A DNA stretch of 64,000 nucleotides from Candidatus Woesearchaeota archaeon (GTDB taxonomy: Archaea; Nanobdellota; Nanobdellia; Woesearchaeales; JABGUJ01), in the NCBI GenBank assembly GCA_018646625.1, contig JABGUJ010000003.1, forward strand, positions 73,380 through 137,379, read 5' to 3'. This document shows, piece by piece, positions 9,265 to 17,808 of the stretch. The first letter of the stretch is position 1. Each line of letters opens with the position of its first letter. Below the pieces are notes generated by a model that saw only the letters and a program-made list of their open reading frames with translations, made no database searches and was not told where the DNA came from. Made by a program: the position numbers and the translations under genes.

Positions 9265-10470
9265 TCAGGATAAATGATGATAATCTTCCAACACAATCTT
9301 GTTTATTTCCTGCAAATCACGCACCAAATAAACCCTTCCTTGGCCAATATCAGCCATTTGACGCGCTAATTTCTTACCTTTCTCATCCAAGTTAATACCA
9401 ACAACAGATATTGTAATCCCGTTAGATGCGGCCTGACCACACGCTTCAAGAGTCTCATACTCGGGATTTTTGCCTACAGTAGGAATAGCATCAGTCAACA
9501 ATATAAGATGTTTAGTAACATTGCCTTTAGGAAAAACTTCAATAGATCTTTGCACTGTATCAACCATATTAGTTTCCTTACTTGCTTTAATCTGAACTAA
9601 TGCCCTAAGCAAACTCATAAAATCATCAGTAGGTTCAACAACCTCTTTAACTTCATCACCAAAAACTATCATGCCAACTTTATCTCTATTTTGTATCGCA
9701 TTAAACGCTAAAGAAATACCCGCCCTTTTGCAAGTACCAATTTTATCTCCCCTCATACTTCCAGAAGAATCAATTGCATAAACAAGATAACACTGACCTT
9801 TGGCTTGCTTTTCATTAACTTTAAGATCAATAAACTCTAATTTATCATGCCCTCGCCGAATTGCAGTCTTAATAGATTTCTTCATTTCAATATCTCTATA
9901 CCTGTCACCTTTACTGTAAGGCTTCGTTTCATCATTATCACCATAAATAAAATGTTTTTTGTGAACTCTCTCACCTCTAACACCTTTAGGCAAAATATTA
10001 TCTAACTCAGTAATATAAGAAACCAAAGAAGCCAACTCTAATCCTTTATCTGTAATATCTCCTTCTTTGTCTAATAAACCTTCTTTTCTCATAGAAGCCA
10101 TCTTATCTTTAACTCGTCTTTTGAGTTCACGCTGAAACTCAGGAATTTGTAAATTCTTTTCAATATAATTAGGATCATAACCAAATGCTTCACGCAGAAT
10201 TTTTTCACCATACAAATTTTTAGCAACAGAGAAATTATTCACTAACTGTTCGAACATCGCATCAGGCATAAAAGAACCTATACCTTGATTAAACGCACTC
10301 TCCAACATCTTACCTTTATCAATCTCTTCAGCATCGTTTTCCATCACAGAATGCATCAATTTATCGTCAGCAGGATTCCTGTCAAGTCTACCTTGTAATT
10401 CTTCCGTTTCTTCAGTTTCTTCCAGATCTACTTTTTTGTCGTCACGGGCAACCACCGTCTTTCCCGTCAT
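9265..10470 (-). CDS. vWA-domain protein (CoxE/ChlD-like partner of the upstream AAA+ ATPase)
   Basis: C-terminal vWA with MIDAS DxSxS (AIDSSGSM) and LLTDA. Overlaps the upstream AAA+ gene by 29 nt. Confidence 0.7.
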   Translation of the reverse strand: MTGKTVVARDDKKVDLEETEETEELQGRLDRNPADDKLMHSVMENDAEEIDKGKMLESAFNQGIGSFMPDAMFEQLVNNFSVAKNLYGEKILREAFGYDPNYIEKNLQIPEFQRELKRRVKDKMASMRKEGLLDKEGDITDKGLELASLVSYITELDNILPKGVRGERVHKKHFIYGDNDETKPYSKGDRYRDIEMKKSIKTAIRRGHDKLEFIDLKVNEKQAKGQCYLVYAIDSSGSMRGDKIGTCKRAGISLAFNAIQNRDKVGMIVFGDEVKEVVEPTDDFMSLLRALVQIKASKETNMVDTVQRSIEVFPKGNVTKHLILLTDAIPTVGKNPEYETLEACGQAASNGITISVVGINLDEKGKKLARQMADIGQGRVYLVRDLQEINKIVLEDYHHLS

Positions 10471-11434
10471 CGAGCTTAGGAAGTTTAATTTGATTCTTAT
10501 TCATAAACTTCTCAAACTCTTGCTTAACAAAAGTCAAAGGATCTTCTAAATACTTCACACTAGGTTTTAGTTCTATTCTATGAGATATAACAGATTCAAC
10601 AGCATCCATCAAATCAACAAACTCAACAACATCTTTGTTTCTCAAAAAAGCATTTGATTGTGCTCGTTCATACAAACCTAAAGTCGCTCTAACACTTGGA
10701 AATTTCAACAACTTATCAGAATTTCGTAATCCTCTCACAAACTTCACAGCTAATGTAACCAACTCATCAGGCATTTCAACATCGGAAATCTTTTTACCGT
10801 GTTTCAGAACAATATTCTGTTCTATCGCAAGAGTATCAGGATAATCCATATACACAACATCAAATCGATCCAACAATACATCACTCAACTTCTCAGTGCT
10901 ACTATCTTCAGGATTCATTGTTGCAATCAAAACAAAATCAGTATCAAAATCAACATCATAACTACCTATTGTAGCTTTTCTTTCTTGTAAAACTTGCAAC
11001 AAAGCATTCTGCAATTTTTCAGGACATCTATTTAATTCATCAAAGAACAAAACTCCGTGATTGGCTTTAAAGATTTTACCAGGAGTAAATGCATCAACAG
11101 ACATTGGTCCGAACTTCAAAGCTTTAACAGGATCAATATCACCTAAAATATCTTCAACAGTCAGATCAGGACTTCCTTGAATTCTAACAAACCTTTCTTC
11201 ACCACTAAGAGTTTTCATCTCACCATCAATCTTAATCTCAGCAGAAGGCAATATCTTAGCAATATTCTTTGCAATAGTAGTCTTTCCAATACCTGGAGGA
11301 CCAACAATTAGAACGTGTCTATCCATTAGTAAGGCAGATTTAATTTGCTCCTTAATGCTTTTTTGGCCCAATACATCATCAAAAACAGGACCTTCTGATT
11401 TAAAAATAGTCTTCAAATTTTCGCTTATTAACAT
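10442..11434 (-). CDS. AAA+ ATPase (MoxR/CoxD/ChlI class)
   Basis: Walker A GPPGIGKT, Walker B FFDELNR, ATMNPED sensor region. ATG at 11434; the track ORF starts at a TTG two codons earlier. Confidence 0.8.
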   Translation of the reverse strand: MLISENLKTIFKSEGPVFDDVLGQKSIKEQIKSALLMDRHVLIVGPPGIGKTTIAKNIAKILPSAEIKIDGEMKTLSGEERFVRIQGSPDLTVEDILGDIDPVKALKFGPMSVDAFTPGKIFKANHGVLFFDELNRCPEKLQNALLQVLQERKATIGSYDVDFDTDFVLIATMNPEDSSTEKLSDVLLDRFDVVYMDYPDTLAIEQNIVLKHGKKISDVEMPDELVTLAVKFVRGLRNSDKLLKFPSVRATLGLYERAQSNAFLRNKDVVEFVDLMDAVESVISHRIELKPSVKYLEDPLTFVKQEFEKFMNKNQIKLPKLDDGKDGGCP

Positions 11435-11487
11435 AGTCAAAGTACAGAATAATAGCCATTTTTAAATGTTTCCCAAAAAGAATTCAA

Positions 11488-11727
11488 CTATAGAGGCAAC
11501 CCATACTCCCTAAAACGTGGAAAGTATTGCTCAATTAAGTAATCATAACCAGAATCTCTAACAACCCCTGCAATCGCTAAAACACAATCCCCTAACTCCT
11601 CGGAAATACCATTTGAAAGTTTTGACGCAGCCTCAAGAACCAACAACATTTGATCCAAATACACAGAATGCTCCTCTATAGATAAACAACCAACTAAACC
11701 ACTAGGAGTTATACGCAAACCAGACAT
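11488..11727 (-). CDS. hypothetical protein (79 aa)
   Basis: The ATG directly abuts the stop of the upstream ORF (TAGATG). No motif recognised. Confidence 0.4.
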   Translation of the reverse strand: MSGLRITPSGLVGCLSIEEHSVYLDQMLLVLEAASKLSNGISEELGDCVLAIAGVVRDSGYDYLIEQYFPRFREYGLPL

Positions 11728-12036
11728 CTATTTGCTCTCCAAAGTAGGTTGAGAATTTCCAAATGCCTTCGCAGCAAACCCGCCTCTAACCTTCTTCAGC
11801 CATTCTTCAACAAAAACTATAACCTCAGGATCACTCAAACCCCTATTTTGAGATTTAACTTCAAACTGAACTTGCTTAGTCTTGTGATTCACAGTCTTCA
11901 GAATCCGCAGAGCAAAAACGTAAGTTTCCTCATCAGGATTTGACGGTACTTCATTAATATCGTCCATAACAACAGGAATCAAATAATTCATATTTAAATT
12001 TAACCCAAAAGAAACATCTTCTAACACACCAAGCAT
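11728..12036 (-). CDS. hypothetical protein (102 aa)
   Basis: ATG ORF. A TATA-containing motif at 12127-12140 lies upstream on this strand. Confidence 0.4.
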   Translation of the reverse strand: MLGVLEDVSFGLNLNMNYLIPVVMDDINEVPSNPDEETYVFALRILKTVNHKTKQVQFEVKSQNRGLSDPEVIVFVEEWLKKVRGGFAAKAFGNSQPTLESK

Positions 12037-12170
12037 ACAAATAAATCATATAAAAAGAGAACGAAAAAGGAAAGACAATCACCTCAATCCCCCTCAATCA
12101 CTAACAATCTAATATTTAGTACGACCTAGATACTATATAATAATTGTGTCGTCACAACATGAGTATGACA

Positions 12171-13022
12171 TTAACCTAGAATGTTATAAAAGGTTTCGAA
12201 AACAGGAGTAGAAGTATTCGCTGTATGAAACTTAGCTCTAACAGAATCAGCAACTCGTTGAATATTAGCAATATGATTTTGCATTTCTTGACCATACTTT
12301 TTCTTTAAAAAAGGACTAATAAAAGTTTTCATAATAGTATTTGTTTCCAAATCTTGCAATCTAAAATCACCCTCAAGATTCAAATCAAGTTCCTCTTTAT
12401 CTAAGACTTGAACTAATTTAATAGTATGATCTTTATAGGCATACAAACCATGAGTCAATTCCTCAGCGTCATAAAGAAAATCAGATATCACCACAATCAA
12501 AGATTTAGAAGTTACTTTTTTTCTATATTCAACTAAAGCCTTAGCAATATCAGTTTTACCAGACGGTTTTCTACTATTCAAGAAACTCACCATATCCATT
12601 AATTGCTTTCTACCTTTCTTTGGCTTAAACAGATCTAATCTATCAGAAAAAGTTGACAACACAAAACGTTCATTTTTTGATAAAGCCATAAACGCAAAAC
12701 CAATCGCAACCATCGCCGCATAATTTGATTTCTTTACACTTTTACCATAATCCATACTCGCACTTAAATCCAATAAGATATGAATTGTTAAATTTCGCTC
12801 TTCTTCATATCTTTTAACAAACAGTTTGTCAGTTCTCGCATAGACTCTCCAATCTATCGTCCTAAAATCATCCCCAGGCGTATAAGGCGCATGATCTTTA
12901 AAGATTAACCCCCTACCTATTGCAGGACTTTGTCTCTCCCCGATAAAACTGGTAGTGACATTCTTATTAAGAATAACACTCAGTCTTTTCAAGTGATTTA
13001 GGAATTCAAGATCTATTTCCAT
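12171..13022 (-). CDS. DUF58 family protein (vWA-like, MoxR partner)
   Basis: Hallmark RTIDWRVYARTDKLFVKRYEEE followed by LLDLSASM. Confidence 0.75.
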   Translation of the reverse strand: MEIDLEFLNHLKRLSVILNKNVTTSFIGERQSPAIGRGLIFKDHAPYTPGDDFRTIDWRVYARTDKLFVKRYEEERNLTIHILLDLSASMDYGKSVKKSNYAAMVAIGFAFMALSKNERFVLSTFSDRLDLFKPKKGRKQLMDMVSFLNSRKPSGKTDIAKALVEYRKKVTSKSLIVVISDFLYDAEELTHGLYAYKDHTIKLVQVLDKEELDLNLEGDFRLQDLETNTIMKTFISPFLKKKYGQEMQNHIANIQRVADSVRAKFHTANTSTPVFETFYNILG

Positions 13023-13029
13023 ACAAACC

Positions 13030-13968
13030 TCATCTCAACATCTGCTTAATAACAGAATCCTCATCAAGATTATTTCTCTCTGCCTCAAAGCTCAACAAAA
13101 TTCTATGACGCAAAATAGGAAATGCCATTCTGTTAATATCTTCTTTACTAACATGCTTCCTACCTTCAATCAAAGCCAATGCTTTAGACGCTAAAATCAA
13201 ACCAATCGAAGCCCTCGGAGATGCACCATACTCAATCATTCCTTTTTTATTTCTTGTTTTGGTAACAATATCAACCGCATACTTCTTCAAGTCATTTGCA
13301 ACAGGCACTTGCCTAGTAAGATTTTGCAAATAGAGTATATGATCTTTTTTCAACACAGGTTTCAAGTTAATATTCTTCAATGCTTCAGCGTATCGATTAA
13401 CAATCTCAAGCTCCTCGTCAACAGAAGGATATCCTACCTTGATCTTCAACAAGAATCTATCACTTTGTGCTTCAGGCAAAGGATATGTACCTTCTTGCTC
13501 AATCGGGTTCTGAGTTGCCAACACAAAAAAAGGTTGCTCCAAAGGATAAGTTGTATTACCCACTGTAACTTGTTTCTCCTGCATCGCCTCTAACAAAGCA
13601 GACTGCGTTTTAGGCGTTGCTCTGTTAATCTCATCCGCGAGTACAATATTAGAAAAGATAGGTCCCGGTTGAAACTTAAAACTTTTCTTACCAGAATTAC
13701 TTTCCTCAATAATGTAAGTACCAGTAATATCGGAAGGTAACAAATCGGGAGTACTCTGAATTCTAGAGAACTTCAGATCCATAATCCTAGCAAGAGTACT
13801 TATCGACAAAGTTTTTGCCAACCCCGGATAACTCTCCAATAAAGCGTTAGAATTACACATTATTGATACTAAAGTGTGTTTAAGCATCTCTTCTTGGCCC
13901 ACCACAACTTTACCAATCTCCTTAAAGATTTGGTCAAACGTTGCTCTTATTTGCTCAATTGATTTCAT
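13030..13968 (-). CDS. moxR: MoxR-type AAA+ ATPase
   Basis: SYPGLAKT, VLADEINRA and ATQNPIEQEGTYPLPEAQSDRF signatures. GGAG SD before the ATG at 13968. Confidence 0.85.
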   Translation of the reverse strand: MKSIEQIRATFDQIFKEIGKVVVGQEEMLKHTLVSIMCNSNALLESYPGLAKTLSISTLARIMDLKFSRIQSTPDLLPSDITGTYIIEESNSGKKSFKFQPGPIFSNIVLADEINRATPKTQSALLEAMQEKQVTVGNTTYPLEQPFFVLATQNPIEQEGTYPLPEAQSDRFLLKIKVGYPSVDEELEIVNRYAEALKNINLKPVLKKDHILYLQNLTRQVPVANDLKKYAVDIVTKTRNKKGMIEYGASPRASIGLILASKALALIEGRKHVSKEDINRMAFPILRHRILLSFEAERNNLDEDSVIKQMLR

Positions 13969-14002
13969 TTTATTCTCCACCTCTTAACCATAATATTTTG
14001 AT

Positions 14003-14794
14003 CTAAGTTGATTGTGATATTTGACTAAAATAATTCTTTACAATTTTCTCGTGCTCTTTAGGAATAGACTCTTCAAATGTTGCATCTGCCACACCCTCAA
14101 TATCTACAGGAAATGCATTCTCCTCAAATTCTTTCTTCTCGACATTCTCATCAACATTCTTTATGTCAATCTCTGTTCGCGAAGGATTCAACTTAAGATC
14201 TAATTCCAAATTAGACAATTCCGCAATACTCTCTTCTCCAAAAATATTAGGATCATCAAAACCCTTACCTGAAAAAGAGCTAGCACCAATCCTTGGCTTA
14301 AGATCCTCTAAAGGAATCTCTTTGAGATCCTCAACAAATCTTTCCCGGATCTCAACAAATTTAACATTATAAGACGACACAAGAATAATCACAAAAGCCA
14401 TTACACCCAGTACGACTATTCTTTTTCCTATTTTTTTAAAGTTAATGAAATAAGAGGTCTTGATCTCCCTCATCTTCTTAACCACATCATAATTTAAGCT
14501 CTCAACTAATTCATTATGCTTATCAAGATTATCTGCAACAGTTCTCAGCTTTTCATGTAACGAAGGAACCAATTTCTCAACACGCGTATAAGATATATTT
14601 TTTACACTATTAGTGGCGTGTCCCAGAAAGAAAAACAAGAATGGAAACAAAGCAAATATCCAAGATATTGGAAAGAACAAAATCATAATGTATGCCAACA
14701 TGAAAACAATCAAAGAGTCAAGAAAACAAGTAAACAAAGTAACAACTAACAAAGCCTTGTTCAACTCTATTAGTGCTTTCTCAACAGTTTTCAT
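14003..14794 (-). CDS. membrane protein with acidic C-terminal domain (263 aa)
   Basis: Three hydrophobic helices then an E/D-rich tail. 1-nt gap to the upstream gene. Confidence 0.5.
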   Translation of the reverse strand: MKTVEKALIELNKALLVVTLFTCFLDSLIVFMLAYIMILFFPISWIFALFPFLFFFLGHATNSVKNISYTRVEKLVPSLHEKLRTVADNLDKHNELVESLNYDVVKKMREIKTSYFINFKKIGKRIVVLGVMAFVIILVSSYNVKFVEIRERFVEDLKEIPLEDLKPRIGASSFSGKGFDDPNIFGEESIAELSNLELDLKLNPSRTEIDIKNVDENVEKKEFEENAFPVDIEGVADATFEESIPKEHEKIVKNYFSQISQST

Positions 14795-14795
14795 A

Positions 14796-15353
14796 TTAAC
14801 AACTGGCTACAGGCGATCCACCTAATTGTTCAACCTGAGACTCAAGATCCTCACACTTATCCTCATAAGTATCTCTACTCTTTCTTGCAGCAGCCAAATC
14901 CTTTTCAACTTGCTTTTTCAAAGTATCAAGAGAATTATATTTAGTATTCAATGTTGCAAGCTCTCTTTGCGAATCCTGTAAAGACTTCATAGATCTCGTT
15001 AACTCGTCTCTGGTATTCCTTAGCTGTTTCTCCAAAGATGCTTTAGTTGATTCTAAACTATTCTTTTCTTCCTGCAATTCTTCTTTATCATCTTTGATAT
15101 CACTATATTTTACAGTAAAATCATCTTCTCTTCGTTCTTTAAGACTCAACTCAGAAACAGTCCTATTAAGCTGCAGTTCTTTCTTTTGCAGATCAGCAGA
15201 CAAATCTTCTAACTTCTGAACCTTCTTAACATATTGAGTATTCAATCTAGAGAAACTTTGCTGATAGTATACAGTCACTATAATCAAACAACAAACACTA
15301 ATCAAAATAAGCAAAATTAGGAAAAAATTTGCATTCTTATTTATGAAATCCAT
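14796..15353 (-). CDS. N-terminally anchored coiled-coil protein (185 aa)
   Basis: One TM helix, then heptad-rich L/E/K sequence. AAGGTGAG SD before the ATG at 15353. Confidence 0.5.
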   Translation of the reverse strand: MDFINKNANFFLILLILISVCCLIIVTVYYQQSFSRLNTQYVKKVQKLEDLSADLQKKELQLNRTVSELSLKERREDDFTVKYSDIKDDKEELQEEKNSLESTKASLEKQLRNTRDELTRSMKSLQDSQRELATLNTKYNSLDTLKKQVEKDLAAARKSRDTYEDKCEDLESQVEQLGGSPVASC

Positions 15354-15408
15354 GTACACTCACCTTCTTTTCCAATACCTATAATTGAATTCATCTTTTT
15401 AACTGTTT

Positions 15409-17808
15409 TCATCTCATCTGTGACAATTCCTTGTTTCTAGCAATTGTTCTGTATGCCACTTCCAAAAGGAAGATAAACAATGCAATCAAAATAAATGGCC
15501 ATTGAACATACCTTTTCTTGTTAATTGTCCTAACAGAATTGGCTTTAATAGTCTCAATTATCTCATCAACTTGATCTTCAACAAAAGTTCTACCATTTGT
15601 ACTCTCAACAATATTCTTAAGTTCTTTATTCATACCAACATCGCCAAACTCAACATTATAATTAACTGCAAACTTCGCACCCAATATATCTTGAAAACCC
15701 AAAGATGATGGAGTTATAGCACTCTCAAACATATCTTCCGATTTTTTATAGAAAGTCATCCCAGCAGACACAGGCATTTTCTCAGATCTAACAGTTAAGA
15801 CCGTAGATTGATTTAAATGAGTATCAGAAATGTCAACAAAGTTTTTATTATTTCTATCAGGATCGCCAACGGCATAATTAATAGTTCTAGATATCAACTT
15901 TGAACTATCTCTACTCAATAAAGAACCAGCCCAAACACTTCCATCATCAGTAGATAATGCAGCCACCCTACCAAGACCAAATCGCCACACAGTCAACAAC
16001 GGATCCGCTCCCGATGTAGTTATCAACAAATTAGCACTCGACTTGGGAGTAATAGTATTGTATCCTTTAATTGTAGCAGGTACATCCAAACCTCGAGTAA
16101 TAAAATGATTCTCATTCAACAACACAACTCCAAAGTCCTTGCCACCAGTGTCATCATCTTCATCACCAAACAAGATCTTAATCTTTTCCGCCTGAGTTAT
16201 TTTAAAATATATACCAGTACCATAAAAGGCAGCTTTCTTCATGAAATCCTCATTGGTCGTCTTACCAACACCAACCGTATAAATCTTAATCCCGTTGGCA
16301 CCGGCATTCTTAGCAGCCTCTAATGCGGGTGTAATTCTCTGCGTGACACCATCAGAAATGAAAATAATATTTTTATTACCTTTAGTATTACGTAGAATCT
16401 GATTAGCCATGATAAATGCAGTCTCAGCTAAAGTACCACCACCATTTGTCAAAGTACGAACTGTTTCCTCAAGATCTGTTTTCTCAGAAACATAAGACAT
16501 ACTATCTATCTCATAAGCATTAGTATTAAACGCAACAACCGCTAATTTATTATCAAACTTAAGATCTTTAATTATATCAAGCGCAATAGCTTTCTGCACA
16601 TCAATACCTTTGTAATCCTTATACGTTGTCTGACTAGTACTTCCTGAAACATCAACCACAACAACAATGTTCTGATCACCTTTAGACTTACCAGGTGTAG
16701 CGACATAAACCGGCAACAAAGTCTCAAATCTAGAGTCTTTATAATTACCAAGGTCGTATGAGTTCTTTCCACCAACCACAACCAATCCATTACCTTCAGA
16801 AATATAAGAAGTTAAGTCAGTTACTTTATCATTCAATTTTTTAACAGCAAAATCATTCACAAGCACCGCAGAATACGCAGACAAATCTTTATTCAAACTA
16901 TTAGCCACAGTCACGTTATACAACTGCTTTAATAATTGAACAAGAGGCGAAGATTTCTCCGTTAAGAATAAAATATTTGGCTTTGGAACCACTTTAACAG
17001 TTTTGTAAAAAACATTGTTCTGAGAAAAATGATCTTTAGTTCTAATATTAGCCACAATCTCATGATAACCATCAGTTAATTGTTTAGAAAAAGTCAACAC
17101 ACTTTCGCCAGTAGTTTCATCAAGCACCGTCTCACCATCGACTGTAACAACAACTTTAACCTCTGTCAACTTACCTACTTTATCCACCTCAATCCTAAAT
17201 TGATTATCAATGCCTGCAACAGTTTTCGACGGACCAAACACCTTAACACTAGCATCATTTTTATCAGGAGAGAGTAAAAGCGAGTTAATAGTAGCATTCA
17301 GTCTATTAGCATACAATGCCACATCACCTAAATCCGATCCAACATTATTATTACCATCAGTAATCAACAAAAGATTCTCATTCTCTTTCATATTATCTAA
17401 AACTGCATCACCTATCGCACTAGAATAGGCAGTCCCCGCAAATGCAACCTGAACCCCAATCTCTTTTTCTAACTGTTTCTTTATCCGGTCCACCTTAGAA
17501 GTATCAAATAAACTAAAAGAAGTTGAATTATCAACCAAAACCTTTACGAAAGGATCACCTTTGATCGTAGTATGCATCACAGCATAAGGTGACGCAACAG
17601 CGATTAACAAGAATAAAAATACCAAAGTTCTTGACCACAACAACCAGAACTGCAAAGGCCGTTTCTTAGAAGATATAGCCTCATCAAATCTAACAAACTT
17701 CTTCTTAATTATAAACCACAACACAAAAAACAATGGAATTATCACAAACACAACCCAAGGATAATCTGTGTGAGACACAATAAATTTGAAGAAATCAGAG
17801 ATCATCAT
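15409..17808 (-). CDS. membrane protein with two vWA-like domains (799 aa)
   Basis: N- and C-terminal TM helices. vWA-like segments LLLITDGNNNVGSD and VVVVDVSGST ... IIFISDGV. Confidence 0.7.
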   Translation of the reverse strand: MMISDFFKFIVSHTDYPWVVFVIIPLFFVLWFIIKKKFVRFDEAISSKKRPLQFWLLWSRTLVFLFLLIAVASPYAVMHTTIKGDPFVKVLVDNSTSFSLFDTSKVDRIKKQLEKEIGVQVAFAGTAYSSAIGDAVLDNMKENENLLLITDGNNNVGSDLGDVALYANRLNATINSLLLSPDKNDASVKVFGPSKTVAGIDNQFRIEVDKVGKLTEVKVVVTVDGETVLDETTGESVLTFSKQLTDGYHEIVANIRTKDHFSQNNVFYKTVKVVPKPNILFLTEKSSPLVQLLKQLYNVTVANSLNKDLSAYSAVLVNDFAVKKLNDKVTDLTSYISEGNGLVVVGGKNSYDLGNYKDSRFETLLPVYVATPGKSKGDQNIVVVVDVSGSTSQTTYKDYKGIDVQKAIALDIIKDLKFDNKLAVVAFNTNAYEIDSMSYVSEKTDLEETVRTLTNGGGTLAETAFIMANQILRNTKGNKNIIFISDGVTQRITPALEAAKNAGANGIKIYTVGVGKTTNEDFMKKAAFYGTGIYFKITQAEKIKILFGDEDDDTGGKDFGVVLLNENHFITRGLDVPATIKGYNTITPKSSANLLITTSGADPLLTVWRFGLGRVAALSTDDGSVWAGSLLSRDSSKLISRTINYAVGDPDRNNKNFVDISDTHLNQSTVLTVRSEKMPVSAGMTFYKKSEDMFESAITPSSLGFQDILGAKFAVNYNVEFGDVGMNKELKNIVESTNGRTFVEDQVDEIIETIKANSVRTINKKRYVQWPFILIALFIFLLEVAYRTIARNKELSQMR

